DNA of 64,000 nucleotides. Source: Paraphysomonas bandaiensis (Eukaryota > Protista > Chrysophyceae). The notes under the pieces were generated by a model. It was not told where the DNA came from, did no database searches, and was given only the letters and a program-made list of their open reading frames with translations. Positions 1 through 11,320 of this stretch are shown here, in pieces. Where the stretch lies: positions 186,001-250,000 of the forward strand of contig CBFFRP010000348.1 in NCBI GenBank assembly GCA_965644295.1, in the 5' to 3' direction. The first letter of the stretch is position 1; every line of letters starts with the position of its first letter. Position numbers and translations under genes: made by a program.

Positions 1-3000
1 ATCGACGTTGTTATTTCTGGTGTTCCGAGCTGCGTATCCGACAATATTTTCCGCCCGACTGAGCTCAGTGCCTGTTCCGGCCATGGTTGAAACCAGTCGA
101 TCACCGTGCAACTCGCTAAGGCAGGGAATCGGCGAGCTCGTGTCCTAAGAGAGCCGCCCATTGGAGAGAAGCACAATGCCATATGTAAATTCTGTCTGAT
201 TCTCGATATAAAGAATTTCCACACCTGGGAGGGCTCAGCTGAATATCCAGCGGACTTCGCTTTGCCAGTGACACTATTGATGATATTATCTTTCTCATCT
301 CGAGTGTACAAATCGGGAATATTGCCGGAACTCAACAGATCATTAATATATATGAAGAACTTCTCGTTGTTGATCTGTGTGTCAGTGAGCAAAAATAGCA
401 CACCTTCGTTCTTAATGCCCGCTTTGTTATACATCGCCTGCAGATCTGACTTGAAGTCTATCATACCGTAATGCTGATTCACAGTAATCTGAACAACAGT
501 ATAGAGGCAGATGTGAGCCGCGAGACGGGACAAACTCTGCTTTCCGGAGCCACCAACACCTACCAGCAGGGCGTGACCACCTGTTTGTTTAATTATGCGA
601 ACAATTCTAGCAACGTGCAATACAGCATCGTCAAATAGAACCAAATTCATTACGGCGTTCGTTTCGTTGTACTCGTCCAAAGCTGTCTCTAATGTTTTTC
701 GAAGAACAGACAAATCTGTGCTCCTGTCATATGTCAGCTCATCGCCCTGTGTAGTTCCATCAGCAAAGTGACAAAAAACAAGGGGATCTGCTTGCACTCC
801 TCCACCAGCAAGATAAAATCTTGCCACGTTATACTGAACAAAAGTCTTTCTCGCCTGGTTTTGAATAATTTGCTTAAACTTTGTCAAGTCCTCTTCATCG
901 ACCAGTCGATCACCATATACTCTCTCACTCTCGTGCAGCCATAAGTACACAAATTTTTCTGGGTCATTGAATACTTGAGGGGTAGCAACCAACAGACCTT
1001 GAAATACGTTCGCTAAGTGGCGAATATTGAATTCATAGTGAAAATTCGCTGCCGTTTTCCTGAAAGTTTCCGATACCTCCTTATGTACTGCAAGCGCACC
1101 CTTAATAAGATTAGACGAAACGTTTCCAACTGCCTGAGGAAAACCTCCAGACAAATGCCCATCGAGGAATGTCTGGTATATTGTAAGCAACGAAGTTGCA
1201 GACGGCATACCAATGGCGAACGTGATGAAGTGGCGCTGCAAACGAGGATTGACAGAAAATGATCCCGCTGTAGGATTCATGGCAGTAATGTACTGGCAGT
1301 CATCAACAGTTTTCAGCGCAAGCTTTTGAACGTCGTACCAATGGCCATAGTCAATATGCTGTCGAATCAATGCAATAGAGCTCTGTGTACCATACGCATC
1401 AACCTCTGGCAAGTTGAGATCGTCCACGAAGTAAACTAACTTTGCGCCTCCTGGTGGACCAAAAGTAGACCCCGTTCGCTTTTGCAAAGGAGCTTCTAGA
1501 CTAGTCAGTAGGACAGCAGATGACGTGTAAAAATTCATATTTACAGTTGTTATCATATGCTGATCAGGATTCAACTCGGATAACATGCCGGTGACAAGCT
1601 GTGTCTTCCCAGTTCCTGCAGGTCCTGCTAGCATGACATTCGAACCACGCTTTACAAGAGCATCAATCCAATAAAATACAGATGCTGTTTCTGCAGTCGG
1701 TACAGTAACATCGGCCATGTTCATTTCATAAGAGTCAAAATCTACTGTTCGAAACGCAGGACTGGATTTCCATGATTCGAATTTACACGTTTTAATATTC
1801 AGCCAGTAGTCGAACACTGTCTCACGACTTGGAATTTTTACTGTCTTAAAACGACCGCGGAACCAGTCACTAAAAATTCGTCTGTAGTCGGTGCCATCAT
1901 CAGCAATTGTCAGAACGGATCCTAATCCCCAGATCACGCAAAATACAAATACGGTTTCAAATGTGGTTTCTTCAGCCACAACTTCCCGAGTCAATATAGT
2001 ATCAAGAAGTTTCAATATAGCTATCGCTAAACTGATGTCATTGCAAGTTACAATGCCATGAAGCGTAGTCGTATAGTACTTAAAGCATTCGGGCAGATAC
2101 TTTTCGAAAAGCGCGTGCGTTCTCTCTCGGTCACTATCTTCAAACATGTCATCAGGACGACTGCGTACCCAACTCCCTATAATACTTCTCCACTGACTGC
2201 CTCCATCCATTGAAATGTACAATATTCCAGCTCGAGAAACCGTCGCTGGTGTTGCAAACTTTAGGTCGCGAATTTCAAAGAGCATTCTCATGTGAGCTTT
2301 TAGAGGAATACGCTCGTTGGATGCTAGTGTAAGCATTTTGTTATCATCCATGACGCTATTCATGGACTCAATCCAGTTCGCATCCAGGTCGCCATCCAAT
2401 ATCATCCACTTCGGGTTTTCGTTTGGAATTCTACCGAGATCTCTCATCACAGATGACAGAAGACCATCCTTCCACTCTCTAGTGGCCATACTAATATGCC
2501 CATACAGTTCTTCTGTTGGCATTACTTTCGGGTTTAGATCCACCACTTTCACCTTATTTGCCGGATCTTGGTGATTTTTCGCCGCTTGAAGCATTTTCCA
2601 TGTCGAAGATTTCCCGGCACCTGGGGGCCCCATAATAAAGACACAGTGTCTAATGTCAAGCAATTCATCGAGTTGGAGAACCTTCAAGGAGAAGAAAGAA
2701 TCAGGCCACAGACCATTCTCTTCACATGCAATGGCTACACTTTCCGCAAGATCTTCATCCATGACACGGGCGGGATTGAGGTCCGGAAAGAGATCATTTA
2801 AAAGACCAAAGAAGACAATTTCATCAGCCTGAACAATCTTCGGGATGTTAAAGTCGCGTAATGCTCGCATAAGTAGTGCATTTTCCGGAAGGTCTGGCTC
2901 AGCACGTTTTAGCATTCCGGCAACTACAAGAACCGACTTAACAGCACGAAGCCCCCAGTCGTAGTGAGCTTGTTTGGAAAGCAGCTCTGAGAGTAGTGTG

Positions 3001-6000
3001 TAGAGGCCATAAAATTTAGATGCTAGAACTTTCGCAGTTAGAAATCCTTCCGCCATCAACATATTTTCACAAATCAAAACCAAGTCCGGTACAATAACTG
3101 TGATAGGGCGAAATAGTGCTTTCAGACCTTCAGGCAACTCAGATCTGCCTAGATAGCCCGGATTCATGGTAATAAATGCGCCACAAGTTGGATCCAGTGA
3201 AACTGTATCCCCTTCAATTGTGACTTTATGGGTGTCTGGGTATCTGGAGTTGTAAGCCTTCAGAGAATCACAAACGGCCTTAAACTGAACTGAACATACA
3301 GATAAAACCTCCGGAATAAGTCGATTAAACTCATCAAAACATCCCCACGATCCAGAGGCTGCTAAGCCCTTGAAAATATTCCCCATCGATTGATAATCCA
3401 TCTCAGGGGAGCAGTTGAAAACATAACAACATTTGCCAAGGGCGGATGCAAGATCTTTCGTAGTTTCAGTTTTTCCAGTACCTGCCGGTCCAGCTGGGGC
3501 ACATCCCATTTTAAGATGGAGGGCCTGTGTAGCCGTAACATATATCCTGTCCGTTAAAGGGGTTACCACAAGACGGGGACCATTTCCAAGGTATTCGAAA
3601 CCATAATAAAACTCTGCATCACAAATAGAAAACGCAGCAGCAGACACTTCAGATGATTTTTGTCCCTGGTTAATAAACCGTGGTCGAAGCTTACTCTGCC
3701 ACTGGAAGTCAGATACAGAATAAGCCTTCTCATGTATGAGTACGTCAATAATATCCCTATTATGTGCATCGAGAGTAATCATACACATTATCCTCTGCCT
3801 ATCACCAGGGGTGAGAGGACTCTGAGTGAGGTTGATCAAGTCCGCAAGTTGAGTCTTGACAGTTTCGTAATATTTTGGAATTGCGTCTTGAACTCCCTTG
3901 GCATATTTATTCATGCACTTCTCTACCTGACTGACGAAATCAATTTGAGCTACAAGTAAACTAATTTGAGCGGGATCAACAGTATACTGATTGTGATCTT
4001 TCTTTAACAACCAGTCAACACGCTTTTGGGTCGGGTAGCGTTCAACAGATGCCGTTAAGCACTTCGAAAGAGCACCTCGTTGTGATTTTAATAGTCCAAG
4101 GAGGTACATCTCTGCTTTTCCAATAATTCTCATTGGAGGGTCTAAAAACACCGTTTCCTTTCCAACTCCCGCAATGAAGCTAGTTGCTTGTAGCGCACCA
4201 TCTTTCGATTGTGGAACTGGCTCCAGTGTCAGCTGCTTTGTAGCGAGTAATATTTTATCGACGTGTAAGAGAACCTTAACAGGTTGACTGGAATTCGAAA
4301 GGAGATCAAGCAAATCAGATTCAGACATGAAGTAAAATCTCGGAAACTGTCTTCGTTTGCCGTCCAAAAATTCAGATAAACTCTTTTTACACATTTCTTG
4401 CCTTTGTTCCAATTCTTCCAATTTCTTTGCAAGACCAGCTTGCGTACACACAGATTTCACGTTTCGAATCTTCCAAGCTCGCTGCAGTATACTTTTCACT
4501 TGCATATCTATCTCTTGAAACCGTTTAGCATCCTCCGGAAGCTCTCTTTTAACCTCTTCAGAACCAACGAACAGTGGTTCTAAATAGCTCCAAGTTCTTT
4601 GAATATCAGATAGTAGCTGCACTATTTCAGATACTGCAGTGAGATCCTGCTGCCATACTGTAGCTTCTTTCTTGAAAAACGCATACCTGCTGCCAACAAT
4701 ACTCTGCACCGCCATTTGATCAGACTCCAGCTGTTCAACATTGTCATCCTCCAGTTTGATAAGAGGTACATCTGTGTCTTTATACCATGACATCGAAAAT
4801 TGAACACTGGACCATACGTGCTCCAAATTACGAAGCGTTTCTTCATGGCGAGCTTCTTTTGATGCTTTATCTGTAATTTCTTCGACGTCCACTGAAACCT
4901 TGTGAAGCTCTAATTCCAACAAATCCCTCAACAACATATGAGGGTTTTCTGTTGGTAGCGGGAATTCTCGCTTTACAACATCCATTAGCTCACGCCAATG
5001 CCGCTCTCTCATTGCAGGAGATCGAAGTGATGTGATCAGTGGGCAGGCGTTCAAAAATTCCTTAGCAATTCGATCCAATCCCTTAAATGCATCAGTATTA
5101 CGAATCGTTTTCGGTAAACGACGAATACTCTGCACCAAGTGCCTGGCGGAGTCTTCAAACTCATCTGGGTTAAGCTCACCCCATGTCGTCTGTTTGGCAT
5201 CTTCTATAGAATCCACAACTTTAATATCACACTCCCATAAAAGACGAAAATCCGCAAGCAGACCAGCAACTTCAGCCATGACATTCTTTGCGAGTTGCAT
5301 ATCCTTCGAACATTCGAATATCTCGGCAATGTGATACATAGCATTACAAGTCTCATCTTCGCTTTTATGGACTTCATCCGCATCATCAAGCAAATCGATT
5401 GCTTTGAATGGGCCAGTTTTAAACAAATGAAATTCGGATTTCATAACCTTTTCTTTGTACTGACAAACATGCTTCTCGTAGCCTTGAATATCATTACGAA
5501 TCTTTGTGGAATGTGTTCGCATCATGGGCATAATTTTGGCCTGCACCTGCGGTGCTTCGCGCAATATTTTTTCCCATGCAACTTTTCCCATCGCCAGATA
5601 CTCATCTAGTCTGTTAAGGTCTACATCCTGATTAGACAAAAATTCCATGATCGCTTCGCAGCGTACAACCATCAGAGATGTTGCTTCAGCTGCAGCATCC
5701 ATACGTAGCAAGTTCTCTTTAACTTTAACCAACACGCGTATATGTTCTTCAGGGGTCCAGGAATCGTCCTTAACGCGAACGAAGATACCATCACTCAGTT
5801 CTTGTGTCAGGTTCTGTAAGCTCATAATATCCGCTTGTAGTTTTCGCATAATCAACTCTCCAGCCATCAAGTTGTTATCTCGAGGGGCATCTTTATCAAA
5901 CTCCACGACAACGTCAGAACCTCGCACGGGGCCTGCTTGACCACCAAATGTTCCCATAAACTGTACCTTTATTTCATATTTACCTTCATGTGGAGCAACA

Positions 6001-7598
6001 TATGTAACAATATACTGCCCATTGTGTTTATCGTCGATATATATGTTATATATTGGCAAATCATCCCCATCCTCTCCTCCACCAAGGAAAGTGACATTGA
6101 CCAAAAATTCGTCACCACCAGTCGTTCGATTGACTCCGTTGTCATCACGAGCTTGAATTATGAAGCTTACATCTTCATTAATCGCACAGCCACTTAAGAG
6201 ACCCGGACCAAACATTATTGAACGGAAGGCATTTGTAACAGAAAAGAAAGAGTACTTCTGATACGTTGTGGTGAAAGCATCCCCATTTAAGGCCACTCGA
6301 ACATCAATCTCACCAGCTGCAAATTTCGTGTAATCAGGGGACACACACTTCAAAGTAGTTTGATTGACGAATGTTCCCGGTACGTCAATGTAATTTCGTT
6401 TATTACCAAAGCGTACGACGACATCACTGGTATTGACGAAATCAATACCATATATGACGATATCCGTACCTCCAGTTATTGGTCCCATGGACGGCACCAT
6501 GTCGGTAATAGCATAAGGGGGACCAACTACATCACCAACGTCAAGCGAATACAGATCGCAATGCCATTCATCCGACCACCCCCCAAAGACAAGAAGTTTT
6601 GAGTTCTTCACATCGTATGACATTGCAGTGTCAGACCTCGGTGATGGAGCCTGACCTTCAACCTCTGGGAAAGTCCATCTCGTGTTTCCCGTCTCAAGTA
6701 TCGCAAGCGTATCTGACATTGATCCCTGTCTGTCATAATCACTCAGTGGACCAGCAACGCCTCCAAATGTAAACACTTTCCATGTCGGAATTGCCATCAC
6801 AGAGCAGGCAGAGTGGTTCCAAGTAGGCCTCCCAAGGCAACTCTGCGCCTTTGACCAGCTCGGAATGTCCTGGTCGACGTCCAATATGTAAAGATCTTCA
6901 AATTGCGTACTGCTATTCCAGCCACCAAATATATAAATCTTATTTTCAACAGCACACGCTTGGTGACCAGATCTTTTTTCTGGGCCAGTCCCTTTGGCAA
7001 CAACCTTACTCCAAGTCCACGTCGGAATGTGAAGGCAATATAAATCATCAAGATCTCTTCTACTGTACCCACTTCCACCATAGCCACCAAACACATATGC
7101 ATTCTCTCCTAACAATGTCGTCGTATGTGCACCACGTGGTGAGAAACAATTTGCCCAATTGGACGTAGCTAATTGATTCTTAGCTGTTTCCTTATTATGA
7201 TCTTCGTTAGGTTGTGACCAGGCTTCCGCTACTGCATCAAACACCCAAACATCGTTCAACCGATGATCAGAGGAATGAAATCCCCCCATTACAAGAATCT
7301 GAGTATTATCGAATAGGTTTGCTGTGTGACGCCACCTTGCAATTGGAACAGCTCCACTAATTTTGAATTTCTCCCACTCCATCGTATTGCTCCCGATACG
7401 CAATTGAAAAACATCATTCGTGGGGAATGCATCCCCATTAGGACTGTCAACTATTCCACCAAAAACAAACGCATTCGTTCCGATAACATTAATCGTGTGA
7501 CCTGATCTCGGTCCAGGACGGTGTATTTCTTTATCATTTTTACAGGAGTCTGTATGTTTTATCCACAATAGCTTCGAAGGGACATCTTGGTGAGCCAT
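1..7598 (-). CDS. Axonemal outer-arm dynein heavy chain with N-terminal Kelch repeats and IPT/filamin-like domains (Chlamydomonas alpha/ODA11 type); 3' end lies outside the window
   Basis: ATG at 7598 (MAHQDVPSKLLWIKH). The same frame holds at the AAA4 P-loop and at position 1, so it appears intronless; it is absent from the ORF track because there is no stop in the window. Kelch-like GG motifs at ~6600-7500, IPT-like PSMGPITGGTDIVIYG, AAA1 GPAGTGKTETTKDL (~3480), AAA2 GPPGAGKS (~2620), AAA3 GPAGTGKT (~1620), AAA4 HALLVGVGGSGKQS (~560). Confidence 0.95.
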   Translation of the reverse strand, partial: MAHQDVPSKLLWIKHTDSCKNDKEIHRPGPRSGHTINVIGTNAFVFGGIVDSPNGDAFPTNDVFQLRIGSNTMEWEKFKISGAVPIARWRHTANLFDNTQILVMGGFHSSDHRLNDVWVFDAVAEAWSQPNEDHNKETAKNQLATSNWANCFSPRGAHTTTLLGENAYVFGGYGGSGYSRRDLDDLYCLHIPTWTWSKVVAKGTGPEKRSGHQACAVENKIYIFGGWNSSTQFEDLYILDVDQDIPSWSKAQSCLGRPTWNHSACSVMAIPTWKVFTFGGVAGPLSDYDRQGSMSDTLAILETGNTRWTFPEVEGQAPSPRSDTAMSYDVKNSKLLVFGGWSDEWHCDLYSLDVGDVVGPPYAITDMVPSMGPITGGTDIVIYGIDFVNTSDVVVRFGNKRNYIDVPGTFVNQTTLKCVSPDYTKFAAGEIDVRVALNGDAFTTTYQKYSFFSVTNAFRSIMFGPGLLSGCAINEDVSFIIQARDDNGVNRTTGGDEFLVNVTFLGGGEDGDDLPIYNIYIDDKHNGQYIVTYVAPHEGKYEIKVQFMGTFGGQAGPVRGSDVVVEFDKDAPRDNNLMAGELIMRKLQADIMSLQNLTQELSDGIFVRVKDDSWTPEEHIRVLVKVKENLLRMDAAAEATSLMVVRCEAIMEFLSNQDVDLNRLDEYLAMGKVAWEKILREAPQVQAKIMPMMRTHSTKIRNDIQGYEKHVCQYKEKVMKSEFHLFKTGPFKAIDLLDDADEVHKSEDETCNAMYHIAEIFECSKDMQLAKNVMAEVAGLLADFRLLWECDIKVVDSIEDAKQTTWGELNPDEFEDSARHLVQSIRRLPKTIRNTDAFKGLDRIAKEFLNACPLITSLRSPAMRERHWRELMDVVKREFPLPTENPHMLLRDLLELELHKVSVDVEEITDKASKEARHEETLRNLEHVWSSVQFSMSWYKDTDVPLIKLEDDNVEQLESDQMAVQSIVGSRYAFFKKEATVWQQDLTAVSEIVQLLSDIQRTWSYLEPLFVGSEEVKRELPEDAKRFQEIDMQVKSILQRAWKIRNVKSVCTQAGLAKKLEELEQRQEMCKKSLSEFLDGKRRQFPRFYFMSESDLLDLLSNSSQPVKVLLHVDKILLATKQLTLEPVPQSKDGALQATSFIAGVGKETVFLDPPMRIIGKAEMYLLGLLKSQRGALSKCLTASVERYPTQKRVDWLLKKDHNQYTVDPAQISLLVAQIDFVSQVEKCMNKYAKGVQDAIPKYYETVKTQLADLINLTQSPLTPGDRQRIMCMITLDAHNRDIIDVLIHEKAYSVSDFQWQSKLRPRFINQGQKSSEVSAAAFSICDAEFYYGFEYLGNGPRLVVTPLTDRIYVTATQALHLKMGCAPAGPAGTGKTETTKDLASALGKCCYVFNCSPEMDYQSMGNIFKGLAASGSWGCFDEFNRLIPEVLSVCSVQFKAVCDSLKAYNSRYPDTHKVTIEGDTVSLDPTCGAFITMNPGYLGRSELPEGLKALFRPITVIVPDLVLICENMLMAEGFLTAKVLASKFYGLYTLLSELLSKQAHYDWGLRAVKSVLVVAGMLKRAEPDLPENALLMRALRDFNIPKIVQADEIVFFGLLNDLFPDLNPARVMDEDLAESVAIACEENGLWPDSFFSLKVLQLDELLDIRHCVFIMGPPGAGKSSTWKMLQAAKNHQDPANKVKVVDLNPKVMPTEELYGHISMATREWKDGLLSSVMRDLGRIPNENPKWMILDGDLDANWIESMNSVMDDNKMLTLASNERIPLKAHMRMLFEIRDLKFATPATVSRAGILYISMDGGSQWRSIIGSWVRSRPDDMFEDSDRERTHALFEKYLPECFKYYTTTLHGIVTCNDISLAIAILKLLDTILTREVVAEETTFETVFVFCVIWGLGSVLTIADDGTDYRRIFSDWFRGRFKTVKIPSRETVFDYWLNIKTCKFESWKSSPAFRTVDFDSYEMNMADVTVPTAETASVFYWIDALVKRGSNVMLAGPAGTGKTQLVTGMLSELNPDQHMITTVNMNFYTSSAVLLTSLEAPLQKRTGSTFGPPGGAKLVYFVDDLNLPEVDAYGTQSSIALIRQHIDYGHWYDVQKLALKTVDDCQYITAMNPTAGSFSVNPRLQRHFITFAIGMPSATSLLTIYQTFLDGHLSGGFPQAVGNVSSNLIKGALAVHKEVSETFRKTAANFHYEFNIRHLANVFQGLLVATPQVFNDPEKFVYLWLHESERVYGDRLVDEEDLTKFKQIIQNQARKTFVQYNVARFYLAGGGVQADPLVFCHFADGTTQGDELTYDRSTDLSVLRKTLETALDEYNETNAVMNLVLFDDAVLHVARIVRIIKQTGGHALLVGVGGSGKQSLSRLAAHICLYTVVQITVNQHYGMIDFKSDLQAMYNKAGIKNEGVLFLLTDTQINNEKFFIYINDLLSSGNIPDLYTRDEKDNIINSVTGKAKSAGYSAEPSQVWKFFISRIRQNLHMALCFSPMGGSLRTRARRFPALASCTVIDWFQPWPEQALSSVGRKILSDTQLGTPEITTS

Positions 7599-8085
7599 AC
7601 TGCCTCAGATATAATAAAAATATGCAGTTTCACTCTGATGTCATCATTCCGAATAGTTTTTACAGTGATGTGCGCAATAGCAGGCCTGTGAAGATATCTC
7701 AGTGATCAGTATACACACACATACATATATATACACCTACATACATGCAATGCAGCGAAGTGGAAGTGAGCGTTTTGTCACCTTGTTATGTAACTGCTGA
7801 TTGGGAAAGTTTTCAGTTGTCGATCTACCTGCCTCCTTAAGATATGAAATACTGAATGTGGAGAGTATGACCATATGTGCACCGTATTCTGGACAGAATA
7901 CGGCATTGTAGGGACAGTGGCCATCTTTCTGAAAACTGAAAAGAGTGACCATTCAAGATGCTATAGAATAGACTGGGTTTATGGTTTTTTGAGGACTGTG
8001 AATGAAGTGGAGGGATAGAGCGGTACAGTACATACATATGCAGTGACAAGTCGCTCTTGCATTTATAACATAGAAAGACCTTAAG

Positions 8086-8826
8086 ATGCCGCACGTATCT
8101 TTTCGCACCAATTGTAAGTAGCGGTGACGACCGTATTGCTATGTTTGCCTCATGTTATCTCTGTGATATTCAGATCGCAAAACCTTCAGGACAGTTCGTC
8201 GTCCTTACGAGAAGGAGCGTCTCGACCAGGAGCTCAAGCTCTGTGGTGAGTACGGCCTTAGATGCAAGAGGGAAATCTGGCGTGTGCAGCTTGTTTTGTC
8301 TAAAGTCCGTAAGGTTAGTCTACTTATAATTTGCTGGCGTTGTTTTATGTATCATTCAGGCCGCCCGTAACTTGCTTACTCTTGACCCCAAGGACCCCAA
8401 GAGACTTTTCGAGACCCCTCCTCTTATCCGTCGCCTTAAGCGTTACGGATTATTGACTGACGAGGAGAACTCCCTTGATGATATTCTCAAGCTCACTACC
8501 CAGCGTTTCATGGAGCGCAGACTTCAGACCAAGATATTCAAGCAGGGTCTGGCCAAGTCCATCCACCATGCTCGTGTCCTCATCAGACAGAGACATATTA
8601 GGTACTAAGATGAGAATGTATTTGTTTGGAATGACATGTTTTTTTGTATAGGGTTGGAAAGCAGGTTGTCAATGTGCCTTCATTTTTGGTTCGCATCGAC
8701 TCTGAGAAGCACATCGATCTTGCGGTGAACTCCCCCTATGGACAGGGCCGCCCTGGCCGTGTTGCCCGCAGACGTGCTGCCCAGCGTGCTGCTGCTGAAG
8801 GAGGAGGGGATGACGAGGACGTGTAA
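8086..8826 (+). CDS. RPS9: 40S ribosomal protein S9 (uS4), 4 exons: 8086-8113, 8174-8313, 8360-8601, 8652-8826
   Basis: The spliced translation [48 protein letters not shown]...[43 protein letters not shown] is canonical uS4. The GT-AG introns restore the frame. Confidence 0.97.
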
Positions 8827-11196
8827 AGATTTGTGGTGTCTTGCTGGTCCTAGTATAATAATCAGGTCTTTCTATGGATTATTTTATTAAAGATATATCG
8901 CTTTTGCAAGGCTCCAATATTGTCAAGTACTGTTCAAATTTATGTTGTATAGTCACGTTTGTATTCTGTTTAGTTCTAGATATTACCCTTACACCTAACG
9001 CACCCAGTATGGTAGAAAGTAGAAAGCTTCCTTAATCCTTTGGGAACACTAAAAAGTACAAAGCGTTCAGGACAACGAACGCTTCGTATGATACGATTAG
9101 TTATAGCTATTATCCTTACACGTGAGAAACACAACATTCGTAGATAGCTTTCTTGGTGTTCGGGGAGTGCAGTAATAGAAAAGTGAGGACAATACACGGT
9201 TCGGGTTTGTACACCCTACACCCTGTACCCTGTAGAACAGTTTGCGATGAACAGTTTAATATTCAAACATGAAACTAGAACACATCAGTAATATGTGAGC
9301 GAGCATTGATAAACTACTAGTATTTCAGCTATAGTTATGTTATTATGTTTAACGTGTAACCACGGGTCATAAGGAAAAATGGAGGCTAAAGGCGACATTC
9401 CAATATTGACTTTTTGACTTTTTGACTTTTGTTCGTTTTATTACTTAAATCGTTGAAGAAATTAAGACGTCGGACTAGATAGATTGTCATTATTGGATTG
9501 ATCTCCAACAGATTTTTTCATAAGGCTCATCTCCAACAGAATTATTATCTGATAGCAACCACTGATACACAAATTGAATCGTCACGATATTCCAGTTTCA
9601 CAGTTATATATCTATACAATATGTTGACTACGTATTACCGTTTTTGACATTGTATTCACGAATAATAATACAGTTTTATTTTATGGAAACATACGTATTC
9701 CAACAACAGATTTCAAATTTTGATAGGAGTGCAATGAGTCAGAGTTTCAAAACTCTTAGACAATAACCATTATCCAAGGTCAAATTGTAGCTTATCCTCA
9801 AGGTGTATAGACATCAAGGTTATAGAAACTCATGCTTTTCTTAAATTTTGTGACACTTGAACTCTGAACACTACACCTAATTTCTTGAACTTATAATAAG
9901 CAATCATCGTTATCACTGCAACTTGCCTCGTTGATTAGTTTCACTACAATCATCTAACTTAGACTTAGACACAGTATTTAGTTCACAGCATTTAATTAAA
10001 CTTAGTGCCGTCTTTTAGAAATGTACTTGTCATTAATGATTAGTATTCAAAACTGCATTTGTATCAGTTTTGGATGCGTACAGTGCACAACAAGGCTGCT
10101 GCGTAGAATTTTACTATGGGCGTTCATAGTTCATACGAAATACACGTCAACTACTTTTAAAATCTAATATTACTACAGTTTCCAGAATGATCAGATCCTC
10201 ACAATATATACTTTAATTTCAGTTCAACTATTACACATCGTTTTCATAATTTAAGTAGTATGCATCAAATGTAGATATATAGTGACATCAATTGTCCGAG
10301 TTAAAGTTTCGATGGAACAGTATATTGTATATTGGCAAAATAATTTCTTCCTTTTCTAGCATTTAGTTATTACCGTTTATTGATGATTTATGATATGGGT
10401 AAATATTTGATAGCAGAATTTCCATTTTAAACTTTAGAATAGACAGGCCCTCGCTGAGCAGGACTGACGAATGAATATCATAGCAGTAAAAACTGTCACT
10501 GTCGACCTCGCTAAAGCTGTAGTTACGGTGCACCTACCGATATCAGGAGGCCCATATCTAGGCATTCAGCAAGTGCAATTCTATAGTTATACCCCACATC
10601 TATAAAGTACTTTATACTGAGTGGCTACTTTAACTGATACAACTCATAGAGCACAATGTGTGACAAATATATAACTTGTGCGTGAAATACATAAATACAT
10701 ACCATGCTTTGAATATAAATTATAATTCCGATATGGTAATTTATAAGTATATGATTTTGAAGTGTGGTGTGTTAGGCCAATGTGTCCTCCGACCAACAAT
10801 GAGAAGGAGCTCCAAAGAATACGCCGAACATCCCACACTAGAATGTCGTTGGGTAACTACAGACAGCACAACCTGCTAAATATCACTATACTCCTCATCC
10901 TCGTCATTCTCATTTCCTTTCTTTCTCCTGAACAAGAATGTATGTCGTACATGTATGTCTTGGTCATCCATCTCTACACCGTCATGATAATGATCGTCAA
11001 GATATGCATCATCAGCCTGTATGTATGTTATGACAAGCCGAGTTAGTTAGTCATACTTTAGCGTATTTTTGGGGTATTTCGCACTTTTTCTCTCTTAATT
11101 TTGTGACTATGATAAAAAAATCAACCTTTTGAGTACTGTAGTATTGCAGAGTACAGCGCGTATATTGTCGTGAGCGGTGCGGTGCTGTGTGTTGCT

Positions 11197-11233
11197 ATGG
11201 TATGGTATGGTATGGTATGGTAGGGTAGGGTAT
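11197..11233. repeat. (TATGG)n short microsatellite upstream of CPSF1
   Basis: tatggtatggtatggtatggtatggtagggtagggtatg is directly visible. Confidence 0.8.
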
Positions 11234-11320
11234 GATATCGTGCACCAACAGTGCTGTGTGTTATTCACTGCCTCATATCACTGTGTCATATATCGCTTCT
11301 TCCCAACTGCTGCAGGTAGA

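Noticed and set aside
106-7168. Many short ORFs in the track
   Set aside because: They are antisense or out-of-frame shadows of the dynein heavy-chain frame.
9388-9545. Possible Harbinger/Tourist-like ends (atctccaacaga twice; ttgacttt repeats)
   Set aside because: No matching inverted partner or TSD could be found by eye.
10455-10500. Possible hammerhead ribozyme core (CTGACGA), and CTGATGA at ~23646
   Set aside because: No stem II followed by GAAA with proper pairing in either case.
11177-11320. N-terminal extension of the CPSF1 ORF
   Set aside because: It begins at GTG and runs through the (TATGG)n repeat and promoter-like sequence; ATG 11321 is more plausible.
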